Assembly: GCA_951406725.2 (NCBI GenBank)
Contig: OX597828.1
Coordinates: 22,754,001-22,818,000, forward strand
Length of the DNA stretch: 64,000 bases
Reading direction: 5' to 3'
Source: Octopus vulgaris
Lineage: Eukaryota
Program-made: the position numbers and the translations under genes
The notes under the pieces: model-generated
What the model saw: the letters and a program-made list of their open reading frames with translations, nothing else
Told to the model about the DNA's origin: nothing
Database searches by the model: none
Part shown: positions 31,763 through 47,071 of the stretch, piece by piece
Numbering within the stretch: the stretch's first letter is position 1
Layout of the letters: each line of letters opens with the position of its first letter

Positions 31763-32627
31763 ATATATATATACATATATATATATATATGTGTATATAT
31801 ATGTATATATATATGTATATATATATGTATATATATGTATATATATATGTATATATATGTATATATATATGTATATATATGTATATACATATGCATATAT
31901 ATGTGCGTATATATGTGTGTGTGGGTGTCTGTGCATATGTATACATATGTGGAGACGGACACACACACAGATGTACACGTGTGTCTGTACGGATGTTTCC
32001 TACAGAGACACATAAACATTCATCCGTGTACCACTGAATCTGTCTGCCCCCGTGTGTATATATCCAATTGTATGCGTATGTGCATTATCGCGTAACTATT
32101 TCGTATTCTCAGATATTTCCAAATTACACTGACGGTGTGTATAATAAGAAGAATTATATATTGTTGCAAGAATTCTGATCAACACGCTGAATCATATTTA
32201 CTGATGAGGCTGCTTTTGATACGTTTAACCATCTAAACACGACAGGAATATATGCCTTCCGGATGATTTGCAAACACGGCTCAATTAAGTCAAAGCTAGT
32301 TTGCTCTGTTGTAATTGTAAATGCATAGGGTAGGTGCCTGGTCAAACGCATTGTAATTTGGCTTAATCTAAATATGACTCTAATTGTTCTTTTCAGTTTA
32401 GAAATTGATATTCTAGCTTCAGATTGTTTGCCAGGAATATCGCTTTCGGTGCCAAAATGGCCCCTGGATATATCTTGACTCCTATTTAAACAAAGTAGTG
32501 AAATCTTTGCTAAATTGGCTTAATCTTAAACACAAGAACGAAACTATTTTCAAGAATAATAATTATTTCTTGTAATCATGGTGACCAATTTCTATACATC
32601 CGAAGAAACGCCGGACAAAAAGAATAA

Positions 32628-32670
<43 letters not shown>

Positions 32671-32871
32671 GAAATAACACGAGATCTAACACAGTTATTT
32701 ACGTTCGTAGCGTAAGAAGTAAGCATGTATACAGATAAATTTAAATGTATACATACATTAATAAGTATAAACACGCGCGTTCGCACACACACACACATCT
32801 ATATGTATATATGTATATTAAACTTTTACATGGTGAATAATAGTGACATCGAAGTTTCTGTATAGTACCCT

Positions 32872-32992
32872 CTGCTTACCGATTACATTTTTCCAGGTTC
32901 AGTCCCACGGCGTGGAAATTTGGATAAGTGTCTTCTACTATAGCCACGGACCGACCAAAGTCTTGTAAGTGGATTTGGTAGAAGGACACTGT
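32872..32992 (+). mobile_element. SINE family A 5' fragment
   Basis: ggttcagtcccacggcgtgg...aagtgtcttctactatagcc...gtggatttggtaga. Confidence 0.8.
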
Positions 32993-33484
32993 GAGTGTTT
33001 GTGTGTGTGTATGTATTATTCTTTATGAAGTGGGGCGTACTTCGAAATCACTGTCAGTAATATTGTTTAAAAATATTAAATATGAATTCTACCAAATGTA
33101 ATTTTCTGTAAAATTCTTATTTGAATAACATGCAATAACACTAGCATACAGAGATGCATGCATGTCTGCATTGATGCCAACATGCATTCATAATGCAGGG
33201 ATATTCTGTCAGTAAATGTCGCCCGCCATGAATCAGGTGAATGATGTGCATTCCACATTAAAATATTTCAAGGAAACTCATTTTATCTATGCTTGGAGGT
33301 TGTTCTTGTTCACGTCATCTGTCGTTAGACAAGTGAAACCTTTAATCTCGGACTGGTATCGCCTGGCACTATTGTACATCGTCTCACAGTACAGAGAAGA
33401 TGAACACATAACGCGGGACATTATGCTACTAAGCCTTACATTACGTTTCTACTTATTTAACAGCCTGGAGAGATATTTACTGTT

Positions 33485-33615
33485 TATTGACTCCCGAAAG
33501 GAAGAAAGAGAAGTTTTGTCTCGGTACGATTTCAACTTAGAATGCAGAAACACAGCGGAAAATGCTGTGCTTTCTTCTCTTCAATGCTCTAATGACTTTC
33601 TCGATTCACGAAGTT
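33485..33615 (-). mobile_element. SINE family B, very degenerate
   Basis: tttattgactcccgaaaggaagaaag...tctcggtacgatttcaacttagaatg. Confidence 0.5.
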
Positions 33616-33796
33616 ATACATATCTCCATTTATGTAGCATGTACTTATGTATATATGTATATATATATATATATGAGATAGAGAGAGAGGGGATAAATAT
33701 ACACACATATATATATACACATTCGTATATACATTCAATTACGTGGCATATATGTTATATATGCGTGTATGTGGGGACATACACAAACATACACAC

Positions 33797-33827
<31 letters not shown>

Positions 33828-35061
33828 TGTGCAAGGACAAACAAATAAAGAAAGATACACGCACATTAGAACACAGATACATATATCTGATTTGAGCATA
33901 CTTGTCAAATAAATTCATCTTGAATAGGATGTAACAGCGAGTCATTTAAAACAGACATATAGCGCTCTATTCATTTTTGATTTATCTTACTATAGTCTAT
34001 ATTATCTTAATATAGTCTATAAATTGCCAAACACTTTCTTTATATATATCTCTACTCTTATGGTCACCGACATCAGTGACTAGGTCATTCGATTGCGACA
34101 AAAGTCTTTCACGTTTTAATATTCGGCGATATGAATATTGGATTCTACGTCGTTTAAACCATGAGTATTCCGTTTCTCGTTTCACTCGAATAGTGGATTT
34201 GTAGGATCTACGTCGTTTGGTGGGGAGGATTCAGTTTTTCCATCTATTGAATTGCCTGCTTCTGAATTCATGTGTAACTAGCAGAACAGTTTATAGTCAC
34301 GTGTATACTTAACATACTACTCCAGCCGAACTCCCAGTACAACTTAACCATCGACGTTCTGTGTTCTGTACAGTATAGCTGCGTCTAATTTTACTCCACA
34401 TTTAAGGGTCTAGTCGTGGCCACACGAAATGGAATTTTCCTCAAACTTACAAAGTAAGCTCGAACGCAGGGCCTGAAGGAGGCAAAACACACATCTATAC
34501 TAGTCAGCCATAATATACATATCGACTGAACTACCTACACGGTAAATTAATAAGTACTTTCCCTGAGCAGCCTAAAGATAATTCTCAGAAGGAATTTGCG
34601 TTAGGCAGAAACAATCCAAGAGATTGCCATATTAATCTGTCTAGCCAATTATACTCAAATACTTCGAAAAGCAAAGAAAGTATAATATAGAATTTAGTAT
34701 GAAAAGATTGATTTTGCTTTGGTATTGCTAGTGATTTTGTTGGTATTAGCCAAAGGTTGCGGTCATGCTGTAGCATCGTCTTTAGCCCGATTGGTTTTTA
34801 TTCCACACTTACCACCGGTTTTGTCTCGAAAGTTTCTGATAGGTAGCGAGCTGGAAGAAAGAGCTGGTTTTCTTTGTGCTTCTTGCTCCGGTGTTGGATT
34901 ATACTGTATTTCGTGATTCTCTATAAAATTCGAAAGATCTTGTAGTTTTAAAAATTTCTCTGCGGGTTACACCTTTTTCACTTAGTACTCACAAACAGAC
35001 ATATATACATATAAAGGAAGAAATAAACATATAAACATACATAGTTGTGTGTGTGTGTCAG

Positions 35062-35118
<57 letters not shown>

Positions 35119-35607
35119 ATATGTCTTGCGAGTGCTAGGTAGCTGAAACTTCGAATTCACTAGTGCTCATCTTCTAAATGTATAAAGTACATTCGTTCTA
35201 CAAAAATTAATATCTTCAAGTTTGATGTTAATTTTTCTTATCGTATTGCGACATTACAAACATAAAAATAAAACAAGCATGTGTTATATATATGTATATG
35301 TGTGTATATATATATATATAACATAAAAACAAGCATTAAAATGTGCGTGTATGCTTGTGTGATTGTAAATATAGGAATCTTATGGCAGGGCAAGATATGT
35401 GACAAGATTTCTCTCAAATATGACAGACTATTAGAAGCAATGCGATGTGAAATGACCCGAAATTTATTAGATGCAATAAATTTGCTCTTCTAAATAAATG
35501 CAGTTCTCTTTTGTTCCATTACCTAAGTTTGTAAGTGGAAAAATACAAGAGGACGACACCTCATCTCGTACATATATCCATTTCTCCATATGTACACACC
35601 TTAGCAC

Positions 35608-35658
<51 letters not shown>

Positions 35659-36303
35659 GGTATTTCGACGTACAAATATACACCGAAAAACACACACATC
35701 TTTCTGTGTATTTATGTTTATGACATTACATAAGCGCATAAAACAATACTGACTTGAATACACAAATTTCCAACAGCAATACCGATAAAACACAACGGGA
35801 AAGATATGACAAATGAAGAAGAGGAAATAAAACCATATCTGTAAAGACATCTATATTGTTATATGTTCAAATATCTCCATATATATCTTTATATACATGT
35901 AATATACTATATAGTAACACATTTTCATACCCTTTTATCACATTCGGAACTTTGCAACGTTTTCCTCTGTATTTTATGTTTGATTTCGTTCACGTTATCT
36001 GCTTTTCGGCTATTCCCATGTCGCTTATAGTTTATCTTTGTTGAATATATTATGCTACATTGTCATGTCAAAAATTTTTGAGCCGTTATCTTTCCTTTTT
36101 GTGTTTATCTTATACAAACAGACTCACCACCGCTTACAGCAAGGCACATACACGAGCAAACACACACACACTCAAGCAAACACACACACACACTTGATGC
36201 TTATAAATGTCTTTGTATAGGAATATTAATTTTACATATGCACATGAATATCCACTATGTCACACATAAACATACGCACGTATACAACACACACACACAT
36301 AAA

Positions 36304-36334
<31 letters not shown>

Positions 36335-36433
36335 GTACATATCTATATCTATCTATTTATCTCTCTCTTTCTTTCAATCTCTCTCTCTCTATATATATAT
36401 ATTTACATATGTATATATGTACATATATATACA

Positions 36434-36474
<41 letters not shown>

Positions 36475-36526
36475 CTGTATGCACACACAAATATATGTAC
36501 AGACATACATATATATATATGTATAC

Positions 36527-36578
<52 letters not shown>

Positions 36579-36778
36579 ATTATATATATATATATATATA
36601 CATCTAACGCAGTTGGTATTTAGTTTCATGTTATACATTACAATATAATGAAGAGGAAACGTGGAACAAAAGAAACAACACTAAATTATAGAAAAGACTT
36701 CGGAGACAACACGGAAAACAAACTCAATCAGATTGCTTACACGTTAAATATGTAAACACACGACGACAAACACACACA

Positions 36779-36824
<46 letters not shown>

Positions 36825-37348
36825 AACACACACATATACATATATATGTGGAGAAATACAAAAGGACATCTCATTTCGTACATATATTCATTTCTTCCTG
36901 TGAACACACGTTAGCACACATATATATATGTATTTTGAAGTAGAAATATACACTCTAGCATATATATCTACAGAACTACAGGTGTATGGACAGATTCATA
37001 TGCTATGTCAGATGCCCTTATACAAAATGAGATTACGCATTAATAAATGATAGAGTTACCTACATATAACATGCAACATTAACTACATACAATAATACAA
37101 TTTGATTTTACCTGTATTCAGCTCAAACGGAAGAATAAAAAAATGTACGTAGATATATACATATACTTAAATATTTACTCAAATATTTTATCAAAGTGTG
37201 TGCCAGACTCTTAAATTCACTTTCTTCGCATCCTTTGCTGTTATCAACTTCTCTGTCTCTCTCCCTCCTCCCTTTTTTTCCTTTCTCTCTTTCTCTCATC
37301 CTGTATTTTTATAAACGTATATTGATAAGCAGTATTATACATATGTAT

Positions 37349-37487
37349 GTATGGTAAAAAGTTTGCTTCCCACCACGTGGTTCTGGGTTCAGTCCCCATG
37401 CGTGTCACCTTGGACAAGTGTCTTCTACTATAGCCTCGGGCCAATCGAAACTTTGTGCGTGGATTTGTTAGACGGAAACTGAAAGAA

Positions 37488-37524
<37 letters not shown>

Positions 37525-37645
37525 TATATATATATATATATATAGGTATATATATATAATGTATTTATATATTTGTGTCTGTGTTTGTTCCGTCAGCATC
37601 GCTTGACAAACCGATTTTGGTGAGTTTACGTCCCGTAACTTAGTA
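37349..37645 (+). mobile_element. SINE family A, 3'-truncated
   Basis: ggttctgggttcagtcccc...accttggacaagtgtcttctactatagcctcggg...gacggaaactgaaagaagcc...tttacgtcccgtaacttag. Confidence 0.9.
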
Positions 37646-38237
37646 GTAAAGTAGGATAAATATTACGAAAAACTTCCCGATTACATATACAATAAACACC
37701 CTATCTTGAAACTTTCAGCGACTGAGTCATTTTTTTACTTCTGCCCTCAAAAATTATACACACACACGCAAACTCACATATATGCACACGCGCACGCACA
37801 CATACAAATATACGTGTGTGTGTGTTTTTATGTGTGTGCAATATGATTGTGTAGGAAAGCGTAAGGCAGAGAAAGACTAAATTCTAGTCGCATGTTCTCT
37901 ATAAGGCCTTCCCTTATATCTAATCTCATGCGCACTAGAAAATCCTTTCTCCACACTCTCTATGAACGTCAGTGTCAAACATATTACCAGGGTGAAATAT
38001 TTCGCTTCTGTGAGTTCTTACCCAGCAAACATGTTTTTGTTTTCCTCTTAGGATGGTCTAGTTATTCTTCTGTTTTTCCTTTTGTATATGGCTAGATGTG
38101 AGTTAGTTTATAAGGAATAAAATAATTCTATTGTAGAGAAGCTAATTTAAGTACTGAAAGGAACTTTTATATTTCCCGTGTTGTTTATGAAGTGTCAAAG
38201 TGTCTCTATTACTGGATTATATACATTTAATCTTAGT

Positions 38238-38288
<51 letters not shown>

Positions 38289-38404
38289 GTATAAGTACTT
38301 GAAGCATTGGGTCCAAAGCGCTAACTGATCTACCAGTTTGCCCCATTAATTAATGGATAATGATATTAAAAAGATGATGAAGATAATGCTAACAACGATG
38401 ATGA

Positions 38405-38910
38405 TGGGGTCGATAAAATAAGTATATGTTCAGCGCTGCAATCGACTCACCCTCTCCCCTGAAGCCACTGGCCTTAGTCCGCGAGCATGCAGAATTGTTA
38501 GCACGCAGGACAAAAATATGCTTGCGGCGTTTCGTTCGTCTTTACTCTCTGAGTTCAAATTCCGTCCAAGTTCATTTTGCCCTTCATTCTTTCGGGGGTT
38601 AAGAAATTAAGTACCAATTGCACACTAAGGTCGAGATAATCGAGCAACCCCAACCCTCGAATTTTTTGGCCTTGTATCAAAACTTGAAAGCAATATATTA
38701 ATCGCTTCTGATTTATGCACATGGCAAACGATTTAGAAAGAAGTTGTAAGTCGATGCGATGTCTCTCAATGCTTAATTTATGATTTATTGCATAAACACA
38801 AAAAGCGTGAGAGGAAAAGTTTAGTTTGGCAGGATTAGAACTCAGGACGTAAATAACTGTAATAAATAGAGTGAATTATGATTTCCGATACTGTACCAAC
38901 CCACCACCCA
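38405..38910. mobile_element. Cluster of SINE family B copies: 3' fragment (+), copy 38480-38695 (+), degenerate copy 38705-38910 (-)
   Basis: ggggtcgataaaataagta; gcagaattgttagcacgc...ctgagttcaaattccg...ggccttgtatcaaaacttgaaa; reverse-oriented ggcaggattagaactcaggacgtaaa. Confidence 0.7.
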
Positions 38911-39019
38911 AATAATCCTCATAATGACAGGCGTCAATGACTCCAATGGTTGCGAACAAATAAAACCACTTGGGCCCTCAGACTTTTAAACAAACATGCA
39001 GGTCATGTAGAAAGTTACA

Positions 39020-39185
39020 GGTGCAGGCGTGTTTGTTGGGTATGAATTTTGTTTCCCAAGCACATCGTTAAGGGTACAGTCCCGCTGCGTAGCATCTTCG
39101 GCATGTGTCTTCTATCATAACCTCAGGCCATCCAAATCCGTTTGAGTGGATTTAGTAGACGGAAACTGAAAGAAGCCTTTCGTAT

Positions 39186-39233
<48 letters not shown>

Positions 39234-39430
39234 ATGCGGCATTCTCTCTGTGTTTGTATTCCACCAGAGATTCAGCACAACTGTTTGTGATGTCCCCGTA
39301 ACTTAAAGGTTCAACAAAAGAGATCTATAGAATAAATGTTAGGCTTTAATACAAAGCTCGTACTCGGGTCGATTCGTGCGAGTGATATGCTCCAGCAGCA
39401 CCGCTGTCTAATGACGGAAGCAAATAAAAT
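39020..39430 (+). mobile_element. SINE family A, old diverged copy
   Basis: tacagtcccgctgcgtagca...gagtggatttagtagacggaaactgaaagaagcc, (TG)n, tgctccagcagcaccgctgtctaatgacggaa. Confidence 0.85.
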
Positions 39431-40154
39431 CTGAATCGCAGGTTTGGATACGCTTAATACAAGTAGAAAAAGAAAAAAATACGGAATTAGAACAAAACGC
39501 ATGTCTAAGTTGCCGAAGTGCAAGGAATGTGAAAAAATTAAAAAATAAGATTAACGAACAAGCATATAATTTATATAAATAAAATATCAGGTGGAATAAT
39601 TCTACGGGATTGTATAGAAAATGCAAACTTCATCGAAATCGATGAGTTGTTATCTTTAATGTCTGCAAATTGTATCAGATATTTCATTAGATTAGAAACT
39701 AGTTTCTGTGATACGTTAGTTCGCTGCTTAGTATTGGTTAATCGTCGATGAGCGAATTGTGTTCTTGTTGTGCATATTATAACGTCAGAAAAGAAATCGG
39801 GAAGTTCATATTCAGCAGCACAGGCTTATTATCTCATTATTTCATTGGAAACTTTCCTCACCGGCGATGAATGATTAAAGTTGATTCGGTTTAAACATAG
39901 AGAATATACACATATAAGATAAACAAATGCATGCACTTTTTATTTATATATACATCTATATTTATATATATGTGTGTGTGTTTGTGACTGCGCGCGTATG
40001 TCTGATGGTGTGTGTGCGTATCTCTTTGGTTGTAGTTATGAGCGTGTGCGTGTGGATGTGTGTGCCCGAAGTAGTTATATCTATCTATGATTATCTGTCT
40101 ACCAATATATCATTCATATATATAAGTATATATATATGTGAATGATATATATTA

Positions 40155-40204
<50 letters not shown>

Positions 40205-40294
40205 CACTAATTGTGATCAGACACAGGCTAATCTGAAAAACGTACTTTTAATATAATCAAATGTATTAGTTAACGTCTTATCTCCCATCAGAAA

Positions 40295-40456
40295 TACCTC
40301 TAGCGGTGCACAAATATTCCACATGTCAGATGGCGAAATGATCGCAGAGGAACGTGAAAAGAAGTGTTTTGCTCAAGAACAGTATGTGCTGGCCGATCCG
40401 GGAATCGAACACATCATCCAGTGATTTTTATCGTAACTTTCTAATCACTAGGCTAC
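40295..40456 (-). mobile_element. SINE family C head with a different body
   Basis: aacgtgaaaagaagtgttttgctcaagaac...gatccgggaatcgaac...ctaatcactaggctac. Confidence 0.7.
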
Positions 40457-40639
40457 ATATATATTTAATCGGCACATGTTAACAATTAGACTATGTATGT
40501 TAATCTATATTTGGTCAATTAATGATTTATAATAAATAATTTAAATACTGAAGACTTCAGTTCCAAGTTTTATCCTTATCCCCAAAACAATTCTCCCCCC
40601 TCTCTCTCCCCCCCTCTCTCTCTCTCTCTATGTACATTG

Positions 40640-40815
40640 TTTTCTTTCTGTTCCATTGTTTTCTTTCCTTATGCTTTTCTGTACAAGAGCATAAGCTCGA
40701 AATATCAGAGACTCCCCCATTTATCTTGAGCGTTAAACTAATACGACTTCTTTTTTTTTTCTTCACCTGTTTCTTCCTTCTATTTGTTTCTTTTTGTTTC
40801 TTAGCACATTTTTAA
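40640..40815 (+). mobile_element. Penelope-like tail remnant with decayed hammerhead (third copy)
   Basis: ctttt-ctgtaca-a-gagc-ataa-gctc-gaaa-tatc-agag (40674-40710), then cttgagcgttaaactaatac and a T-rich tail. Confidence 0.55.
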
Positions 40816-41012
40816 ACCATACAAATATACATATATACATACATATATCCATGCATATATATATATGATCTTGAATTATTCAATAATTTTTGCTTGTATA
40901 TTTTGTCCCTCTGTCTTATCTCATGGAACGACATGAACACAACGTGGTTTTATAGACAGAATTTCGACTGCTATTTCGGCATGTTGGTGTCTCTCAGACA
41001 CCCTCATTTTTA

Positions 41013-41062
<50 letters not shown>

Positions 41063-41711
41063 TCGCGCGCATACACGCAGAGGTAGAGACAAACAGGCTG
41101 AGAGCCATAGGAGCACATATATATCGTTTTATTACTTTATGTTCTCTCCTACCGAATTTGTTTAAAGACTGTTTTATTTTATTTTCACAGACTATCGGCG
41201 AAGTTAGTTTTCAGATAGGCTGTGTGATTTGACTAAATATTATCACAGCAATCATATTATATTATCAATGTCTCTTATATCTCTCAGCATCCACCACAAT
41301 CGTCTTTTATTGCAGGCAAAATAATAAACAGCTCTAATTAAATTTCTCTTCATTGCAAATCTCATATTTTGTCATTTTACAGTCTCACCCTATTATTTCC
41401 CGCTGAATTACAAAATGTCAAAGTTGACTCCCCTATAAAACAAATTTTCTAAAATTCATTTTTAATTTTTCTCCGTTTACCGTAATCATTTGAGATGAGA
41501 AAGTTGTAGTTATTACTGGCAGTTCTGCCGTAGTTGTATTCAGTTTTGTATACTTGTTTTGTTTTTTTCTTTTGTGGCTGTTGCTGCAGCGAAAGAAAAC
41601 TTTGTAATATAATTTTCTTTTTAATCTTTACAAAATTCCATTCCTCTTCTTCTTTAATTTACGGTTTTCAAATTTTGAAGTTTGTTATTTTTTATTCTAT
41701 ATTATTTATTA

Positions 41712-41811
<100 letters not shown>

Positions 41812-42201
41812 TATTATTATTATTATTATTATCATTATTATTTTAATTTTTATTATTATTATTTTCTTCGCAAAATATATTTAATTTACACAAAACGATA
41901 CGAAACATTATACTGCTTGTTATTACTGCGCATGATCATATTACCGTAGTTATTATAAATGTCATTTCAATAAGTCTCATTGGTAGCGGGGTTGTGTGGT
42001 GTTAGCAAAAGCCTGTAAATGGCTTTAACGTTGTATGCACAACCATACGCCATATCTGTTAATATAGATGTAACCACAGTAGAAGACATACTATGTAAAA
42101 GTGGAAAGTTACTAATAATGTTATTTCTAAGACAACCAACACACGAATACACACACACATCCATATATATTTGTTTAGTTTAACGCACACAAAAATATAT
42201 A

Positions 42202-42255
<54 letters not shown>

Positions 42256-42287
42256 ATATAAATACCAGACTACATATATAGAGTATG

Positions 42288-42332
<45 letters not shown>

Positions 42333-43536
42333 ATTGTGTATTTGTATGTGTGTACGCACTCACATACGCACAGAGAATGTGGCAGAAAGATAGGCAGACA
42401 GAAAGACAGAAGATAGATAGATAAATAGATAGATGCATTCGTAAATATAGATATTTATATACACATATTTGTGTACATATATCTTCATTTTATGTACACC
42501 AAACTATAAACAATGTACACAATTGCATACATATCAAAAACACGCATATACACACTTACAAACTTGAATACATATACATATACAGAAGCAGGTTTGGCTT
42601 GTCATTGGTCAATATAATATAAAGAAATAAGTCCGCCATTGCAATATAACGCTTCTCTAATTTAAACTAACATAATGGTGGTACTCTTTTATAGGAACGT
42701 CTGAACACCTGGGCACCAGCAAAAGAGATTATATTTCATGGTATTATATATTGGTACTGTAGGCATCAAAACGAATTGTATATAAAGAGCTTCTGTTAAA
42801 TGAATGCCTATATTACAGATTAAGAAAGCAGTTAATTTTTATGCCGTTTATACATTCAGAGTTTTGAGGTAATATATATTCATATATTATAAATATGATG
42901 TGTCTTGGCAGAATTATTACGTTACTAATAATTAAATACACACGCTGTTTGAATATCACTTTTTGAGTGTGATGTTATGATTGCCACCACCCCATACACA
43001 CACATGCACACACGGAGAGACCAAAACACAAGATTTGTTTCAATACACGAATTCACATCAAGAATCTTGTATGCCAAAATACAAACCGAAATAAACTAAT
43101 CTCTGTCCAAGCTAGGAAGACGCTGAGGAATACTGTGTTGCGCTGTTTTAAAATATCTTAATAAGCACCCAACAGTTCGTCTTTGCTAACGAAATACATT
43201 AATTCCGCTGTAAGAAGTCTCAGACTAAGGAATACCAGGCAGGAAAACTAAAACGTACGATGTTGCTATGCGTGTGTTTTTTTTTAATTTTGGCATAATG
43301 ACCCTACGAAGAAACAACAAGGTCTGTTTCAACACACGAATTCATATCAAGAATATTGCAAAGTGACTACAGAAACGAAACATATAATCTACTTTTCAGT
43401 AAAATGCTTGTAATATTGTCAACTACGTCCTGGCTCACAAAACAAATATCCTGAAAAAACAAGATAAGTGTTCTAATTACCGTTATCCCAAAACAGCGCG
43501 CGCACATACACACACACATACTTACATATATATGTA

Positions 43537-43596
<60 letters not shown>

Positions 43597-43992
43597 CCCG
43601 TACTAGAGGAAAAGCAATTTTGCACGGTCTGGGTCCCACTAATACTTCGTGAGGTCACCTGGGTAGGCTGATATTATACAGCATCTGTTAGATGGACTGT
43701 ACATTTAACTCAAAGAGGTTAACCTTGTCACAGACTATGTCACACTGATTCAATCTCTAAGTCATACCATGGCTGCACGTAACGGTACAAGGCTATGACA
43801 TTTACACGCTAAATTAACAGTAGGTACTTTATTTAATTGAAATACAGAAATTAAGCGTAGGTGTGAGCGTGCGCTATGAAATATAATTTACTAAGTAGAT
43901 GAAAGACGTATATTGATGCATATAAAATATTTGAAGTATTTTGGTAAGTGCCATATCGCCAATAGTTTACCGTCTGATTGGCATTTTAAATA

Positions 43993-44405
43993 TAGGTTTC
44001 GGATTTTTTGGCGCAAGACCAGCATCTTCTGGGGAGCGAGTAAGTCGATTATATCGACCCTAGTACTCAAATCCAACTTATTTTATCGACTCTGAATGGA
44101 TGAAATGCAAACTCGACCTCGGTGGAAATCGATCTCTGATCGTAAACACAGATGAAATTCTAGTAACCATTTTACCTACCCTGTTTGCTGACCATTCCAC
44201 CAGCTCGCCACCCTCTTTTATTGGTAATATTTACAATATTTTGCAAAAGATGAATCTTCAGAGCATTCATAAGCAAATATTATATATGTGTGTAATAAGT
44301 TGGTGAACTGGCAAAATCGATAGTCCAAAAGAAATAGTTAGTGTAACTTATTCTGACACACTACGTACTACATGAATTGAAATACGACCGAGATCGAATT
44401 TGCAA
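43993..44405. mobile_element. Two SINE family B copies head-to-head (43993-44212 minus; 44299-44405 plus)
   Basis: agtcgattatatcgaccctagtactca...ttttatcgact...gatgaaatgcaaactcgacctcgg...ccagctcgccac, then ggtgaactggcaaaatcgatag. Confidence 0.75.
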
Positions 44406-44419
44406 GATCAATGAAATAA

Positions 44420-44628
44420 AGACAAGTAACTTAAAGAACGACCATTCATCAGTTGTAGGCTGTCCAATTACTACTCCTGATTTCCAGCATTAAATGAAAA
44501 TATGAGACTTCGAAGGCAGTTGCTCCCACAGAAGCCAAAATAAACTTGAGATTTTGTGGAGGGTCAAAGTTTGTGACAAAAACAGAACAGTGGAGACGTA
44601 CAAGGAAACCGAACGAAAACAAACAGCA
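44420..44628. mobile_element. Interspersed repeat family F
   Basis: Homologous to 27140-27330. Confidence 0.6.
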
Positions 44629-44638
44629 TATATATGCA

Positions 44639-44686
<48 letters not shown>

Positions 44687-44694
44687 CATATGTA

Positions 44695-44725
<31 letters not shown>

Positions 44726-44925
44726 CATGCATACACATACACACATATATATGTATATATATATATATGTATGTATATATGCATATATATATTATTTATA
44801 TATATATATGCATATACATAAACATACATATATGTGTATATATATTTATATATGTATGTATGTATATTTGCATATATATTATTTATATACATATATATAT
44901 ATATATATATGCATATACATGCACT

Positions 44926-44973
<48 letters not shown>

Positions 44974-45738
44974 CTCACAATATGAAACAGTGTCTTGAAA
45001 CCATGGGTTTAGGTGTATTTACAGGTAGAATGAGTATACTAATTTAAGTTCCTATGCAGAAGACGGGAACATTTTTCGTTTCAATGAATGAATCATTTGA
45101 CAAACAGTAGCGTGGAAAGTGCACATGCACACGGTTTTTAAAAACCCTTTATCTGATTACTGTGGTGGGGAACGTCAGAAAGATGCATTTGCTGAAGGAC
45201 GTCATGTACCTTCCGGTCTAGTCGTCACCTTAAGTATGTAAAAGTATGAGCAAATCACTTAACGTAGCCCCTTAAGCAATCTGCTTATCCATCTACCTGT
45301 GTGTGTCGTATCATCTACCTGGTGAGGGCTAATCGAATTTACGAAAACAAGCGCATTAGGAAAATCCGAAACTCGAGTAGTAGGTTGTCCATCTAACAGA
45401 GGTGAGACGAAATTTTTTATATTCTTTGCCCGTACACATGTTTGACAGTGTACACATTCAGTAAAGTTTTAGATGGCGTCGTGCGGTTATCGACTACTAT
45501 TTCCAGCAAACTTTGGCGCCTAATTGAGCCACACAAACGTATGTTGTTGTGGATCTTCGAAATGTTATTGCTACAGAAAGGGTAAGTATGTTCTATGAAT
45601 TGAATACAGGTTACTGCTAGATTTATGGAAAACGATGTTATGGCATAATAAATAATAATGTATTATAATTTATGAACTAAGACACGGATAGTTCGCTCAA
45701 TGTTGAAGGCAGACAGGATCACTAAATATTGTCTACAA

Positions 45739-45785
<47 letters not shown>

Positions 45786-45834
45786 GGTATAACTGGAAGA
45801 ATACAGGAAGGCATATTTTTGAGAGTTTGTCAAA

Positions 45835-45887
<53 letters not shown>

Positions 45888-46107
45888 AGATGTTTGATCA
45901 CGTGGCAAAAATGTGTTGAGACTACGGGGAAATCACGAAAAGTAATAAGTTGATATGTTTTAGAACGAAAATAATATCATAAGACATTTTTACAGATATA
46001 TATATATATATATACAATATCTATGTATAAATCTATATCTCACCATCGATCTTCTTTGTATATGTGTATACATATGCACAAATATGCTTTCACACACATA
46101 TATATAT

Positions 46108-46153
<46 letters not shown>

Positions 46154-46561
46154 TTATATGTTTCTCCCTGTATACGTACCTGTATATATGCGTGCGTATA
46201 TGTAAGTATAGGGTTGGTTGTGAGAATAAGATTTAGCAAACAAATGGACGAATGAAGCTTAGATACATGTATGTTTAAGACTTTTACTCCAAAAGAAGTA
46301 CACATTAAACGTTCAGATAAGTTTTCACGAAGATAGCCGTCGAAAATAAGCATAGCAGTAAAGATATAAATAAACCTATTTACACTCTGAAAAATGACAT
46401 ACTGGTTGGTAAAAATACCACCAGAAAATATATTTGAAACACACAAGAGATGTAAAAACCAATCAGATTTACTTAAAGTAGCGAAATTTGAACTCCAAAT
46501 TTCAAGTATTTCTTTTTAAGATAATTAGCTGTGTAATGTGCTGTTGTCTACATTTTGTGTG

Positions 46562-46603
<42 letters not shown>

Positions 46604-46669
46604 TATATATATATATATATATATGTATTTATGTATGTATGTATGTATGTATGTATGTATGTATGTATG

Positions 46670-46700
<31 letters not shown>

Positions 46701-46990
46701 GTAGAAACAATGCTAAAAATAAGTCTATACAGTTCTTTCTATGACTTTTACTCTTTTAATGATGAACTGAAATCGGAAAAATTAGGGTTATTAGATTTAA
46801 ATGAATATACTGATATCATAAAAGGGTAAAAATGTTTGTAGAGACGAGGAATTAAGGACGTCGCTAATACGATGAAAGCTGAACACATACACATACAAAT
46901 ATATGCGTGTCGATTACATGTTGATTAGACAACGCATATAAAAGTAAAGACATATGTATCTATTGATGTATGTATGTATGTATATATCAA

Positions 46991-47071
<81 letters not shown>

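Noticed and set aside
33216-33848. Longest ORF (210 aa)
   Set aside because: Runs through a degenerate SINE and microsatellite; no recognisable domain.
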